From IMG/VR virus record IMGVR_UViG_3300049139_000039, positions 1-48,630 of that record: a DNA stretch of 48,630 bases. One strand, given 5' to 3'. Position 1 is the first letter of the stretch. Every line of letters starts with the position of its first letter. A program made the translations under genes and the position numbers. Source of the DNA: a virus (Duplodnaviria > Caudoviricetes). Under the pieces are notes generated by a model. The model was not told the origin of the DNA, made no database searches, and worked only from the letters and a program-made list of their open reading frames with translations. This document shows positions 1 to 8,620 of the stretch, in pieces.

Positions 1-41
1 CCGGTGATCCACTCGGGCGGGTCGGCGGGGGTGTCGGTCAT
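1..41 (-). CDS. 5' part of a small hypothetical protein spanning the circular junction (continues at 48630-48453)
   Basis: ATG at 41 overlaps the methyltransferase stop (ATGA); MTDTPADPPEWITG continues in frame into the window end via the shared CCGGTGATC. Confidence 0.7.
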   Translation of the reverse strand, partial: MTDTPADPPEWIT

Positions 42-1858
42 GCCGCCACCTCCTGCCCGGCCAGCGCGGCCTCCCGCACCGCGAGCAGCCACCGGAGTGC
101 GGCCGCCGCCTGCTGGGGGACGACGCCGTTCCCGAGCGCCTTGAGCTGCTCGTTACGGGTGATGAAGGGGGGCCGGCGGGCGACGGAGCCGCGGTGTCCG
201 ACAGGTCGGGGATCGAGGCCGGCGCGTCGTGCGACGAGCCGGGCCCGCCACGCCTCGACGCTCTCGCCCGTAACCCAGCCGTCGGGCAGGCCCATCAGCC
301 ACTCGACGAACCGGGGCGAGAGGCGGTGGGCACCGCCCTTGCCTGTGGGCTCGGTCGGGGCGGGTGCAGGGCGCCCGAGGACGGCGTCCCAGCGGGCGAT
401 GGCCGGGGCGTACTGGCCGAACGCCTGAGCATGGGCGAGGCCGTTGAGCAGCAGCTCGCCCGAGCGCGCGCCAGACCGGTGCTTCCGGCCGCCCTCCATG
501 TCGGCCACGCTGGGCGTCGGCAGCAGCCGGGCCTCCTCGCCGAGGTTCCGGGCGTGCCCGTTCCCCGTCGTCGGCTCGGTGGTCGGCGTCGGCAGGAGGT
601 GCGTGACCGCGCTCGGCAGCATGAGATCGCCGCTCGAGCCCCGCTGGTTCGGGCCGCCCTTGGTGCCGTCGGTCGCCCGGGGGGTCGGCAGCAGGTCCAG
701 CACCACACCGGGCAGCAGGCGGTCACCACGGTTGTTCTCGGTGTTGCCGTGCGCGTTCGTCATGGTCGGCGTCGGCAGCAGCGTGACGGCGGTGCGCAGG
801 TCCAGCCCGCCGTCGCCGTGCATGCCGGGCCCGTTCGTGTCCGAGGTGCGCGGGCTCGGTAGCAGGGTCAGATCAGCGGGACGTCCTCCCAGTCCCGCTG
901 CAGCAGCGCCTCCTCCACGCCGTCCTTCCCGCCACGCTTCCAGTCCCGGGCCCTCGGCGTCGGCAGGCCAGGCGAGGACGAAGACGCGTTCCCGGCGGTG
1001 GGGCGCGCCGACGTCGGAAGCGCGAACAACCGTCCACGCAGCGTCATACCCGAGCTCGGCCAGGTCTCCGAGAACACGTCCGAGTGCCCGCAGAGTGACT
1101 CCTCGCCCGTCTCCCACGCAGATCGGGCAGGGTTCCACTGCGCTATCGGCTTCGGCACTGAGTGCTCCTCTCACGTTCTCCCACACGACGAAGCGCGGGC
1201 GGATGATCTCGATGGCGTCGCACATGGACGCCCACAGGCCCGAGCGGGTACCGGCCTCGCGGCGCTCGGGCGGCGGAACCCCGTCGGCACGGTCTCGCGC
1301 GTTGAGCGCGGCGACGGCGCGCATCGCCGCGACGTGCTCCTGGTGGGCGTGCAGGCGCGAGGGCACGTCGCCGGCGGGGGAAGCCGCGCTGCACGAGTCG
1401 ACCTCGTGCTCGGCCCAGCGGCAGCCGCAGGCCATGACGCCTGCCGGGATGACTCGCCCGGACCGCATGCCGGCGCGCTTCCCGGCGTGCGACAGGTCCT
1501 GGCAGGGCGAGCCGCCGGTGATGATCTCGACGGGGTACGGGATGCCCTCGGGGCGCTGGTCGACGGGCAGCTCCCACCCGCAGTCGACGCAGCGGTAGAC
1601 GGTCTCTGCCGTGGTGTCGGCGGCGTACCCGAACCTGAACACCTGCACCTTGTGACCAGGGCTGGTTGGGCACTCGGGCCCCCACTGGACCTTGGTGACG
1701 TCGCCGAGGTTGGGGACGTCGGGGAACCGCTGGGCGAGGATGCGCGACGGCGCGGGGTCGAACTCGGACACCCACGCGGGGCGGGCGCCGAACACTTCCT
1801 CGACGGCGAGGTCGAGGCCGCCGTAGCCGGCGAACAGGGCGCCTGAGGTGAGGCTCAT
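38..1858 (-). CDS. DNA cytosine-C5 methyltransferase (large, with insertions and repeated variable region)
   Basis: Motif I LFAGYGG, motif IV GSPCQ, motif VI WENV, motif VIII PHRRERVF, motif IX LSPRFVEWLMGLP, motif X LGNGVVPQQA; ATG at 1858 overlaps upstream stop. Confidence 0.93.
   Translation of the reverse strand: MSLTSGALFAGYGGLDLAVEEVFGARPAWVSEFDPAPSRILAQRFPDVPNLGDVTKVQWGPECPTSPGHKVQVFRFGYAADTTAETVYRCVDCGWELPVDQRPEGIPYPVEIITGGSPCQDLSHAGKRAGMRSGRVIPAGVMACGCRWAEHEVDSCSAASPAGDVPSRLHAHQEHVAAMRAVAALNARDRADGVPPPERREAGTRSGLWASMCDAIEIIRPRFVVWENVRGALSAEADSAVEPCPICVGDGRGVTLRALGRVLGDLAELGYDAAWTVVRASDVGAPHRRERVFVLAWPADAEGPGLEAWREGRRGGGAAAAGLGGRPADLTLLPSPRTSDTNGPGMHGDGGLDLRTAVTLLPTPTMTNAHGNTENNRGDRLLPGVVLDLLPTPRATDGTKGGPNQRGSSGDLMLPSAVTHLLPTPTTEPTTGNGHARNLGEEARLLPTPSVADMEGGRKHRSGARSGELLLNGLAHAQAFGQYAPAIARWDAVLGRPAPAPTEPTGKGGAHRLSPRFVEWLMGLPDGWVTGESVEAWRARLVARRAGLDPRPVGHRGSVARRPPFITRNEQLKALGNGVVPQQAAAALRWLLAVREAALAGQEVAA
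868..1158 (-). CDS. Overprinted alternative-frame ORF inside the C5 methyltransferase (putative accessory subunit, 96 aa)
   Basis: GTG at 1158 with GAGAGGAG 6 nt upstream; product carries an LPTPRARDWK unit like the LLPTP repeats of the host gene. Confidence 0.6.
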   Translation of the reverse strand: MPKPIAQWNPARSAWETGEESLCGHSDVFSETWPSSGMTLRGRLFALPTSARPTAGNASSSSPGLPTPRARDWKRGGKDGVEEALLQRDWEDVPLI

Positions 1859-2079
1859 GCGGGCTTGTCTCCGATCTGGTGGGCGAGGGTGAGGCCGTTC
1901 GCGAGCCTGAGGTGCGCGTTGCCCTGGCGTTCGGCCCCGACGCGGGTCTTGTACGTCCGGACCCACTCGCAGGTGCAGGACGCCTGGGTGGTGCCCGCCT
2001 TGGGGCCGCGCCGGATCGTGAGGTAGAGGATCGGGCCGCAGTCGCGGTGCCAGGGGGTCTGGCCGAGGTCGGTGGTCAC
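1855..2079 (-). CDS. Hypothetical protein with Cys/His (possible Zn-binding) motif
   Basis: 4-nt overlaps with both neighbours; CTC...H. Confidence 0.7.
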   Translation of the reverse strand: MTTDLGQTPWHRDCGPILYLTIRRGPKAGTTQASCTCEWVRTYKTRVGAERQGNAHLRLANGLTLAHQIGDKPA

Positions 2080-2738
2080 GCGGTCTTGCCTCCCTTGATG
2101 ACGGTCAGGCTCGGTGTGGCCAGCAGGTGGCCGGCGGGGTTCTCGCAGTCGGGGTGGGTGGCGGCGTGCTGGGCCAGGAGTCGGAGCGCGTGCTCGAGGC
2201 CCTGGCGCTTGATCAACTCGCGGTTCGCCTGCTCCGTGGACATCTGCTCTGCGCCGGAGTTATCCACAGGCGCTGGTGAGGTGAAGGACCCAGGCGATTT
2301 CTCCTCCTCCTCTTTCTTTTCTATTTCCCTGGTTTCCTTAGGGGGGACTGTTTCGGTCCCCTGAGCGGGACCGTTTCGGTCCCCTGTTCGTACCTTTACG
2401 GTCCCCTGTCCAGGGACCGTTTCGGTCCCCTGTTCCGACCGGCTCAGGACCAGGTCGTACTCCGCCCGACGGCCCGGAGCGCCCCGTGTGCGACGCGTGA
2501 TCGCACCCGCCCGAACCAGGGTCGTGATGGCCTTCTTGAGCTGCCGCGCGGTCGAGCCGTCGCACCTGCCCCACACCTTCTGCTGGAGGAATTCGGGCCC
2601 GCCGAAGTAGTGCGCGGCGTCGTACTCCTCTGTGGGGTTGTCGCGGGCGACGAGCGCCATCGTGACCAGCACAAGGCGCGGCACGGCCGGGAGGTCCGGC
2701 CACGCGTCGAGCGCCCTGTAGGCGTTGCCAGAGGCCAT
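2076..2738 (-). CDS. Replication initiator-like protein (N-terminal winged helix)
   Basis: LVLVTMALVA...LKKAITTLVRAGAITR wHTH-like region followed by GTETVP repeats encoded by DNA iterons, lambda-O-like layout. Confidence 0.7.
   Translation of the reverse strand: MASGNAYRALDAWPDLPAVPRLVLVTMALVARDNPTEEYDAAHYFGGPEFLQQKVWGRCDGSTARQLKKAITTLVRAGAITRRTRGAPGRRAEYDLVLSRSEQGTETVPGQGTVKVRTGDRNGPAQGTETVPPKETREIEKKEEEEKSPGSFTSPAPVDNSGAEQMSTEQANRELIKRQGLEHALRLLAQHAATHPDCENPAGHLLATPSLTVIKGGKTA
2260..2432. promoter_or_regulatory. Putative replication origin: DnaA box, AT-rich tract and four iterons
   Basis: TTATCCACA at 2260-2268; pyrimidine/AT-rich tract about 2298-2340; GGGACCGTTTCGGTCCCCTG-type repeats at 2344, 2367, 2389 (degenerate) and 2413. 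Confidence 0.75.
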
Positions 2739-2888
2739 CTACTCGCCCCCGCTCAGCCCGAACATCTCGATCTGCTGCAGCGCCGTACGGAGCAGGTGCT
2801 GGGTGGCGGCACGGTCCAGGCTCGAGGTCACGTCGACCTCATACCCGTTCTCGGTCTGCTCGGCCGTGATGGTGATGATGTCGGCCAT
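2739..2888 (-). CDS. Small hypothetical protein
   Basis: MADIITITAEQ..., start abuts RusA stop, fills operon gap. Confidence 0.65.
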   Translation of the reverse strand: MADIITITAEQTENGYEVDVTSSLDRAATQHLLRTALQQIEMFGLSGGE

Positions 2889-3253
2889 CAGGCCACCTCC
2901 TCGATCTCGAACGTCAGCCGGTACACGCCCGGCGTCTTGGGCCCGCGCTGGAACCCGACGAAGACCACGTGCTCGCTGTCGTCGTCCTCGAACAGCCCCG
3001 CGTCTTTCATGCCGTCGATCGCGTGCTTGCTGACGGTTCCGGCGATGTTGGCCGGGTCGAACCGTCGCGCCGTCGGCAGGGATGCGGTGACCGTGATCCG
3101 GCACCGGTCGACGGGCGTCTCCCGGGCGTACTTCGTGGCGATGGCGGCCAGGGCACGGACGGCGGCGGCCTTCTGCGACCGGACCATGTAGTGCATGTTC
3201 GGCAGGTCGTTCGAGGTGAACCACAGGTCGCGCGGGAGGTCCAGGACGATCAC
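2888..3253 (-). CDS. rusA: RusA-like Holliday junction resolvase
   Basis: RRFDPANIA...KHAIDGMKDAGLFEDDD acidic catalytic pattern; GTG at 3253. Confidence 0.85.
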   Translation of the reverse strand: MIVLDLPRDLWFTSNDLPNMHYMVRSQKAAAVRALAAIATKYARETPVDRCRITVTASLPTARRFDPANIAGTVSKHAIDGMKDAGLFEDDDSEHVVFVGFQRGPKTPGVYRLTFEIEEVA

Positions 3254-3993
3254 GCGCCCACCCCCAGGTCGAGGACGCCCTGCGACAGGCGTGCAGCTGC
3301 GGCCTCGCACTGGGCCTCGCGCTTCTCGATCAGCACGGCGCGCCGGCCGAGGTTGCGCGCCGCGACCCCGGTCGACCCGGACCCCGCGAACGCGTCGAGC
3401 ACGACGCCACCGGGAGCAACGGCGTACTCGATCAGGGGCTCGAGGATCTCGACGGGCTTCTCGGTCTCGTTGATCGCCCGGCCGTGCATGGACCGGGCGT
3501 ACTGGACCGAGCGCATGAGGCGGGGCCCGCCGTCGACGCTGAGGTACGACGAAGCGTCGATGTGCCCGGTGTGCGCCGGGCGAGCCTTGCGCCGGACCAC
3601 TCGGGCCCGGGCGTCGTCGGTCGTAGGGGTCTCGTGGCGGATGCCCGCCCAGTCGCCCTGGTACCAGTGCGTGGCGTGCTCGTGCACGCGCTTGAACCGG
3701 TCGCTGTGGAACCCGGATCCGTTGTGCTTCTCCCAGACGATGTCCTGCGACAGCTTCCAGGCGGCGAACTCGTCGCGCTGGTCCAGGAACATGCGCATGG
3801 ACCCGAAGCACCACATGGAGCTGGCGACGTCTGTGAGCAGCCCTGGCCAGCCTGCAGGCCAGACGTCCCAGTCGAGCGACGTCTCGCCGTACGGCGGGTC
3901 GGTGACGATCGCGTCGAACTGACCGAGGCCGGGCAGGAGGTCGCGGAAGTCGCCGTGGTAGAGCGTGACGTGGTCGTCCTGGTAGTAGGTCAC
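3250..3993 (-). CDS. DNA amino-methyltransferase (N6-adenine/N4-cytosine, beta class)
   Basis: TDPPY catalytic motif before EKP...VLDAFAGSGST SAM-binding motif. Confidence 0.93.
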   Translation of the reverse strand: MTYYQDDHVTLYHGDFRDLLPGLGQFDAIVTDPPYGETSLDWDVWPAGWPGLLTDVASSMWCFGSMRMFLDQRDEFAAWKLSQDIVWEKHNGSGFHSDRFKRVHEHATHWYQGDWAGIRHETPTTDDARARVVRRKARPAHTGHIDASSYLSVDGGPRLMRSVQYARSMHGRAINETEKPVEILEPLIEYAVAPGGVVLDAFAGSGSTGVAARNLGRRAVLIEKREAQCEAAAARLSQGVLDLGVGA

Positions 3994-4331
3994 GCAGCAG
4001 CCTCCTGCCGGGCGAGGAACGCTTCCTTGTTCCGCTGCCGTACCGCGCGGTCCTGGTAGAGGATCTCGGCCTCCAGTGCGTCACGACGTCGAGCCGTGAC
4101 GCGCTCCGTGTCCCCGAACCGCTCCATGACCTCGGGCAGGAGGAGCCCGGCCTCGGTGATGGTGCTGGCTCCGACGGCGTCCGACTCCAGGCGTGCCCGG
4201 ACGCGGCGCTCGGCAACACGGGCGCGCTGCTCGGCGACGGCGTCGGCCTCCTCGCGGATGAGCGCGGCGGCTGCCTGTCGGACGGCGTCGGTCATCCGCT
4301 CGTAGTCCGCGGGGATGGGTGCGCGCCTCAC
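3990..4331 (-). CDS. Hypothetical protein
   Basis: GTG overlapping WhiB stop; helical Ala/Glu/Arg-rich product. Confidence 0.65.
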   Translation of the reverse strand: MRRAPIPADYERMTDAVRQAAAALIREEADAVAEQRARVAERRVRARLESDAVGASTITEAGLLLPEVMERFGDTERVTARRRDALEAEILYQDRAVRQRNKEAFLARQEAAA

Positions 4332-4948
4332 GCTGCCACCTCCTGCCGCGCCGGCTGCACGGCTCGCAGCAGCGCCGAGGTCCGCCGCGTGACGATCCGG
4401 GCCCCGCGGGCGACGGTCCGGACGGTGTCCGTGGTGAGGCCGGCTGCCTGTGCGATGTCCTGGACCGTGTGCCCGGCCGCGACGAGCTGCTGCACGTGGG
4501 CGACGACGCGCGGGTCGGCGACGCGGGAGCGCTTCACGGTGATGGGGATGTCCCGGCAGGTGCGCACGAGGCTGCCACCCTGGGTCCGGGCGCGGGGCTT
4601 GGGTGCGGCCTTCTGGCGGGGCACGGGTGCGGGCCGGGGGTGGTCGTGCAGCGGCCCCTCGATCGGCTTCCCGGCCAGCAGCATGGACCGCTCGTCCTCG
4701 CTCAGAGCGCCCCACGTGCCGTGCGACTCCCGGTTGGCGAGTGACTGCTCGAGGCAGGTCTGCCGGATCGGGCAGTCGCGGCAGATCGCCTTGGCTGCGT
4801 TCGCCCTGGCTAGCCGCGTCGATCCGCGCTCGTTCTCCGGGTGGTAGAACAGCGGCTGGTCGGCCTCGGTGCATGCGCCCCTGTCGTGCCACGACGTGTC
4901 CGTGGGGCGGTAGTCGCGGCGCATGAACATGCCCTGTGAGCCGGTCAT
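4328..4948 (-). CDS. whiB: WhiB-family transcription factor with C-terminal HTH
   Basis: W..RGAC...AKAICRDCPIRQTCL...GTWGALSEDER (4 Cys plus GxWG); C-terminal TVQDIAQAAGLTTDTVR HTH. Confidence 0.9.
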   Translation of the reverse strand: MTGSQGMFMRRDYRPTDTSWHDRGACTEADQPLFYHPENERGSTRLARANAAKAICRDCPIRQTCLEQSLANRESHGTWGALSEDERSMLLAGKPIEGPLHDHPRPAPVPRQKAAPKPRARTQGGSLVRTCRDIPITVKRSRVADPRVVAHVQQLVAAGHTVQDIAQAAGLTTDTVRTVARGARIVTRRTSALLRAVQPARQEVAA

Positions 4949-5145
4949 GACTTCCCCTTTCCGATCCCGAGCAGGCCCCAGAAGCCCTTGCCGGTCTCGG
5001 TCTCGGTCTCGCCGGCCTCGCCGGGGAACCGGCGGGCGACGTTGCGGCGTGCGAGCTCGGCGTCCTTCGCGATCTGGGCTTCGGACTTGGCGATGCTCGG
5101 CATGTGGGCGCTGTCGATCTTCTTGATGTCGTCGGGCGGGCTCAT
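4945..5145 (-). CDS. Hypothetical protein
   Basis: ATGA overlaps on both sides. Confidence 0.65.
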   Translation of the reverse strand: MSPPDDIKKIDSAHMPSIAKSEAQIAKDAELARRNVARRFPGEAGETETETGKGFWGLLGIGKGKS

Positions 5146-5957
5146 GCGGCCATCTCCTGGGTCGTGAGGGCGGCGAGGAGCTGGGCGCCGACCCAGGCGG
5201 TGTACGCCGGCGGGATGGACTCGAAGAGCTCGTCCCACGACATGGGATGCTCGATGCCGAGCAGCGCGGCGACGACGGCCTTGTTCGGCGGGACGTAGCC
5301 GCCCTTGCGGACGAACTTCGCCTCGTACTTGTCACGCCGGGCACCGCCGTACGCACCGGCCACCCACTCGTGGCCGCTGTGGTCGCAGGCGCGGGGCGCC
5401 TCGAGCGGGAACGAAGTCTCGAACAGGCGGGGGCGCTGCAGGTGCAGCGTGATCCCGTCGTCATCGACCGCGGTGAGGTCGAACATGCACCCACACAAGT
5501 AGGTGGGGCCGACCATCTCCGAGCCGGCGTCCTTGACGTTCTCGATCACGTAGGGCTTGCCGGACTCGACGAACAGCGCTCGGACGTCGGGGATGAGCTT
5601 GGGCCAGGCGGTGACCTTGCCGGCGTTGCCCCGGGTGTAACCCTGGCAGGGCGGCGAGCCGTGCGCGCCGAAGAAGTCCTCCCACCCGAGCCAAACGACG
5701 GTGCCGGCGAGCCCGATGGTGCGGCCCTTGCTGTCCTTGACCTTGCGACGCCCCTCGGGGAGGACGAAGTCGACCTTCCCTCCGGCGTTGAGCGTCCGCA
5801 GCGCCACGAGGGCGTCGCCGACGTGCACGGGGAACGGGTAGCGCGCGGCGCGGTTCGGGTCCATCTCGACGCCGAAGACGTCGAAGCCGGCCAGCCAGTA
5901 GCCCCACGCGGCACCGCCAGCGCCACCGAACGTGTCGAGCATCTTGGGGCGGCTCAT
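5142..5957 (-). CDS. Second DNA cytosine-C5 methyltransferase (short phage type)
   Basis: LDTFGGAGG motif I, HGSPPCQ motif IV, YVIENV motif VI, RPRLFE, ESIPPAYT. Confidence 0.88.
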   Translation of the reverse strand: MSRPKMLDTFGGAGGAAWGYWLAGFDVFGVEMDPNRAARYPFPVHVGDALVALRTLNAGGKVDFVLPEGRRKVKDSKGRTIGLAGTVVWLGWEDFFGAHGSPPCQGYTRGNAGKVTAWPKLIPDVRALFVESGKPYVIENVKDAGSEMVGPTYLCGCMFDLTAVDDDGITLHLQRPRLFETSFPLEAPRACDHSGHEWVAGAYGGARRDKYEAKFVRKGGYVPPNKAVVAALLGIEHPMSWDELFESIPPAYTAWVGAQLLAALTTQEMAA

Positions 5958-6145
5958 GCGGCCAGCTCCGCGAGCTCGGTCATGGGGATGACGTGGCGGC
6001 CGGTGATGCGCGCGATGATGTCGGCGAATTCGGGGTCGGCGTGCGCCCGCTTGGCGGCCTGGGGGTCGCGGTGACCGCCGTCGGTGCACGAGCAGGTCGT
6101 GAACAGCGGGAGCCCGGTGAGCTCGGCGTGGGTCTGGATGGTCAT
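5954..6145 (-). CDS. Hypothetical protein
   Basis: Strong SD (GAAGGAGGG) upstream; ATGA overlap with downstream gene. Confidence 0.65.
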   Translation of the reverse strand: MTIQTHAELTGLPLFTTCSCTDGGHRDPQAAKRAHADPEFADIIARITGRHVIPMTELAELAA

Positions 6146-6202
6146 GTGCCCCTCCTTCGGGGTCGGGCGGGGGCGCTCTCACGCCCCGGCCGGGGTGGTG
6201 GG

Positions 6203-7153
6203 TCAGGCGGCGGGGTCGGGCTCGACGGGCAGCGTGTCGCTGTACTCGTCGTTGGGGAACGTCTCCTCAGCCGGGGTCTCGGCGGGTGCGGGCGCCGCCC
6301 GCTCCGGCTCAGGGGCGGGCTTCCGGCGCGACGCCTTGGCGGGCGTCACCGACTCGACCTCGACGGCGCGCTCGGGGAAGAACTCCGAGGCCGCGATGCC
6401 GTCCTGCGTGATCGACACGTAGACCCGCTGCAGCTCGCCCAGCTGGACCGGCGTCCACTTCCCGTACTTCGCGCCCAGGAAGTCCTCGATCTGGGCCCGG
6501 GTGACGCCGTGCGCAGCGAACGCCGTCACGGCCTCGCGGGAACGCTCTTCGACGCTCTTGCCCTCGCCGTGCTCCAGCGTCTTCCGACAGATCTGCTCGG
6601 CCTCTGCGATGACCCAGTCCGGGATGACCGAGGCGATGCACTCACGCACGGCCCGGGCGCCGGTGTTCTGGTTGTTCAGGTAGACGTCGTTGATGTCGGT
6701 CAGCGCGACGCGGCCCTTGCGGGTCGACTTCGCGTGCGGCTGGATGAACGAGCGCGTGGATCGGGTGTTGGTCTGCTGGTCCCACGCCCATGCCTGCATC
6801 TCGGACACGCCGGCGACGTCGTCCGCGTCGTCACGCCGCAACTCCCGGACGCCGTAGTCGACGTTGCCCCAGATGCGAGCGAGCTCGCGCATGATGTGGA
6901 TGGACAGGCCCTCGCCGCGATTCGGGACCGCGTAGAAGGCGCGGGACGCGACGGGCAGACGCCCGCAGGTGTCGCGCATGTCGGCCAGAGCCCGGTCGAT
7001 GTCGCGAGGGTTGGCCTGGGCGACCTGGACGGCCGCCGCGACCTCGGCGACGGCGCGGGACTGCTCGACGACGGTCGCCTGCGAGGCGGCCCGGCCGACC
7101 GGGGCGATGCCGTCGGTGCGGCGCGAGGGGAGAGAGACGGTCTGTGCGGTCAC
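6203..7153 (-). CDS. Putative ssDNA-annealing / RecT-like recombination protein
   Basis: Directly downstream of RecE-like exonuclease; QATVVEQSRAVAEV...NPRD pattern; acidic Pro-rich tail. Confidence 0.6.
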   Translation of the reverse strand: MTAQTVSLPSRRTDGIAPVGRAASQATVVEQSRAVAEVAAAVQVAQANPRDIDRALADMRDTCGRLPVASRAFYAVPNRGEGLSIHIMRELARIWGNVDYGVRELRRDDADDVAGVSEMQAWAWDQQTNTRSTRSFIQPHAKSTRKGRVALTDINDVYLNNQNTGARAVRECIASVIPDWVIAEAEQICRKTLEHGEGKSVEERSREAVTAFAAHGVTRAQIEDFLGAKYGKWTPVQLGELQRVYVSITQDGIAASEFFPERAVEVESVTPAKASRRKPAPEPERAAPAPAETPAEETFPNDEYSDTLPVEPDPAA

Positions 7154-7983
7154 TGGAAGTCCTCCGTGTGCTGGAAGGTGACCCACCGGGGCAGGTCGAG
7201 GAACTGGATGTCGTCGGAGTAGGCGGGCCACACGCCGATGTCGGTGCAGTCGCGGAAGATCTGCCGGGCCAGGGCGTTGCGCTCTCGGCCCATCTCGCGG
7301 TCTGCGTGGCGCAGCTCGTAGACGCCGACCAGGTAGGGCGGCTCCTTCTCCTGCGCGATGAACACGAACCCGGGGTCGTCGTGGCCGAGCGCCATGAGGG
7401 CGTCCAGGTAGAACGGGTCCTGCTGGTAGTAGCCGAACTTGGCGACGGACGACGCGAACCCGCGCGGGCTGGCGTCCTGGGTCGTCTTGTAGTCGACGCC
7501 GAGCGTTCGGTCGCCGTTCTCGGTGAGCCAGTCGAACCGGGCCCGGCACGGCACACCCGTCTCGGCGTCGGTCCAGAACGCGGACGCCTCGGCGACGCCG
7601 TCACGCTCGAGCAGGGACCGGGCTGTCTTGTGCGCGAGCACGCGGTTGGCCATGGCCTGGATGGACTCCCACGCCTCGGGCTTGAGCGGGACCTGCCCGG
7701 CCTCGCGAGCGGCGGCCACGTCCTCCTTGGCGGCCTTCGTCGTCCACGGCCCGGGGACCACGACGACGTCGAGCGGCGCGCCGAGCACGAGGGCGTGCGC
7801 CACGGTGCCGACGTCGTAGACGTCCTTGTGCACCGGGTGCTCGCGCTCGTACCGGTACTTCGCCGGCGAGTCGAGGATGCGCTTGGCGCCCGTGCTGCTC
7901 AGCTCCGGGCCGCCGTGATACTCGGCCTCGGGCATCGCCAGGACCAGGCCCGCGCGCTCTGTCTCGGTGGTCGTCTCGCTCAT
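7150..7983 (-). CDS. RecE-like PD-(D/E)xK exonuclease (DUF3799 type)
   Basis: YH...LSSTG, GTVAH, CRARFDW, VDYKT, YYQQ..FY motifs. Confidence 0.88.
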   Translation of the reverse strand: MSETTTETERAGLVLAMPEAEYHGGPELSSTGAKRILDSPAKYRYEREHPVHKDVYDVGTVAHALVLGAPLDVVVVPGPWTTKAAKEDVAAAREAGQVPLKPEAWESIQAMANRVLAHKTARSLLERDGVAEASAFWTDAETGVPCRARFDWLTENGDRTLGVDYKTTQDASPRGFASSVAKFGYYQQDPFYLDALMALGHDDPGFVFIAQEKEPPYLVGVYELRHADREMGRERNALARQIFRDCTDIGVWPAYSDDIQFLDLPRWVTFQHTEDFQ

Positions 7984-8294
7984 ACCCCGCCCCTCACTCG
8001 CTCGACGGCGGCAACCGCTGCGTCAAGGCGTGCGGCCACCTCCCGCGTCTTGTCGGCCACCACGTGTGCGTCGTCCCGGATGGCCCGCACCTTCCCCGGC
8101 GTGAGCGGCTTGGCGGTCTGGAGCAGTTCCCGCACCCACCACCCGCCGAACGCCACCAGGGCATCGACGTAGGCCGCCCTGGCCGCCTTCCACTCGACCT
8201 TGAACAGGTCCTGCCCCTCGTCGTGCGACAGGCTCTCCGTGTCGCCTGGGGTGATGACCCGCAGCCATGCCCCGCGCTCGTTCGTCTCGCTCAT
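7980..8294 (-). CDS. Hypothetical protein
   Basis: ATGA overlaps in operon. Confidence 0.65.
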   Translation of the reverse strand: MSETNERGAWLRVITPGDTESLSHDEGQDLFKVEWKAARAAYVDALVAFGGWWVRELLQTAKPLTPGKVRAIRDDAHVVADKTREVAARLDAAVAAVERVRGGV

Positions 8295-8620
8295 AGCCCG
8301 TTCTCCCTCTTCCACTTCGCGATCCGCCGCCGCACCGTCTCGGGTGCGACACCGGCGAGATTCGAGAGGTCGCGGTAGGACATGCCGCCGTCTCGCAAGA
8401 TGGCCGTCTCCTCGATCGTCGGGACGGTCGAGACGACTCGTGTCTCGGTGGTGTCTCGCGAGACGTCCCGCGTCTCGATGCGGGCGCCTTCCGCTGCGGT
8501 CCGGATGAGGTCCCGGCAGACCGAGACGAGCTCGGGGGGCGTCTCGGCGCAGTACGCCAGGTGCTCCACGAGGGCGGTGACGTCGGCCGGCAGGGACGTC
8601 TCGCAGGTGTGCGTGATCAC
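8291..8620 (-). CDS. Helix-turn-helix DNA-binding protein
   Basis: C-terminal GMSYRDLSNLAGVAPETVRRRI. Confidence 0.7.
   Translation of the reverse strand: MITHTCETSLPADVTALVEHLAYCAETPPELVSVCRDLIRTAAEGARIETRDVSRDTTETRVVSTVPTIEETAILRDGGMSYRDLSNLAGVAPETVRRRIAKWKRENGL

Noticed and set aside
1252-1456. Possible intein in the C5 methyltransferase
   Set aside because: No Cys/Ser start with His-Asn end and too short for a mini-intein
2344-2432. Possible CRISPR-like repeat array
   Set aside because: Repeats are separated by only 2-4 nt, lie within a gene, and no cas genes are present; iterons fit better
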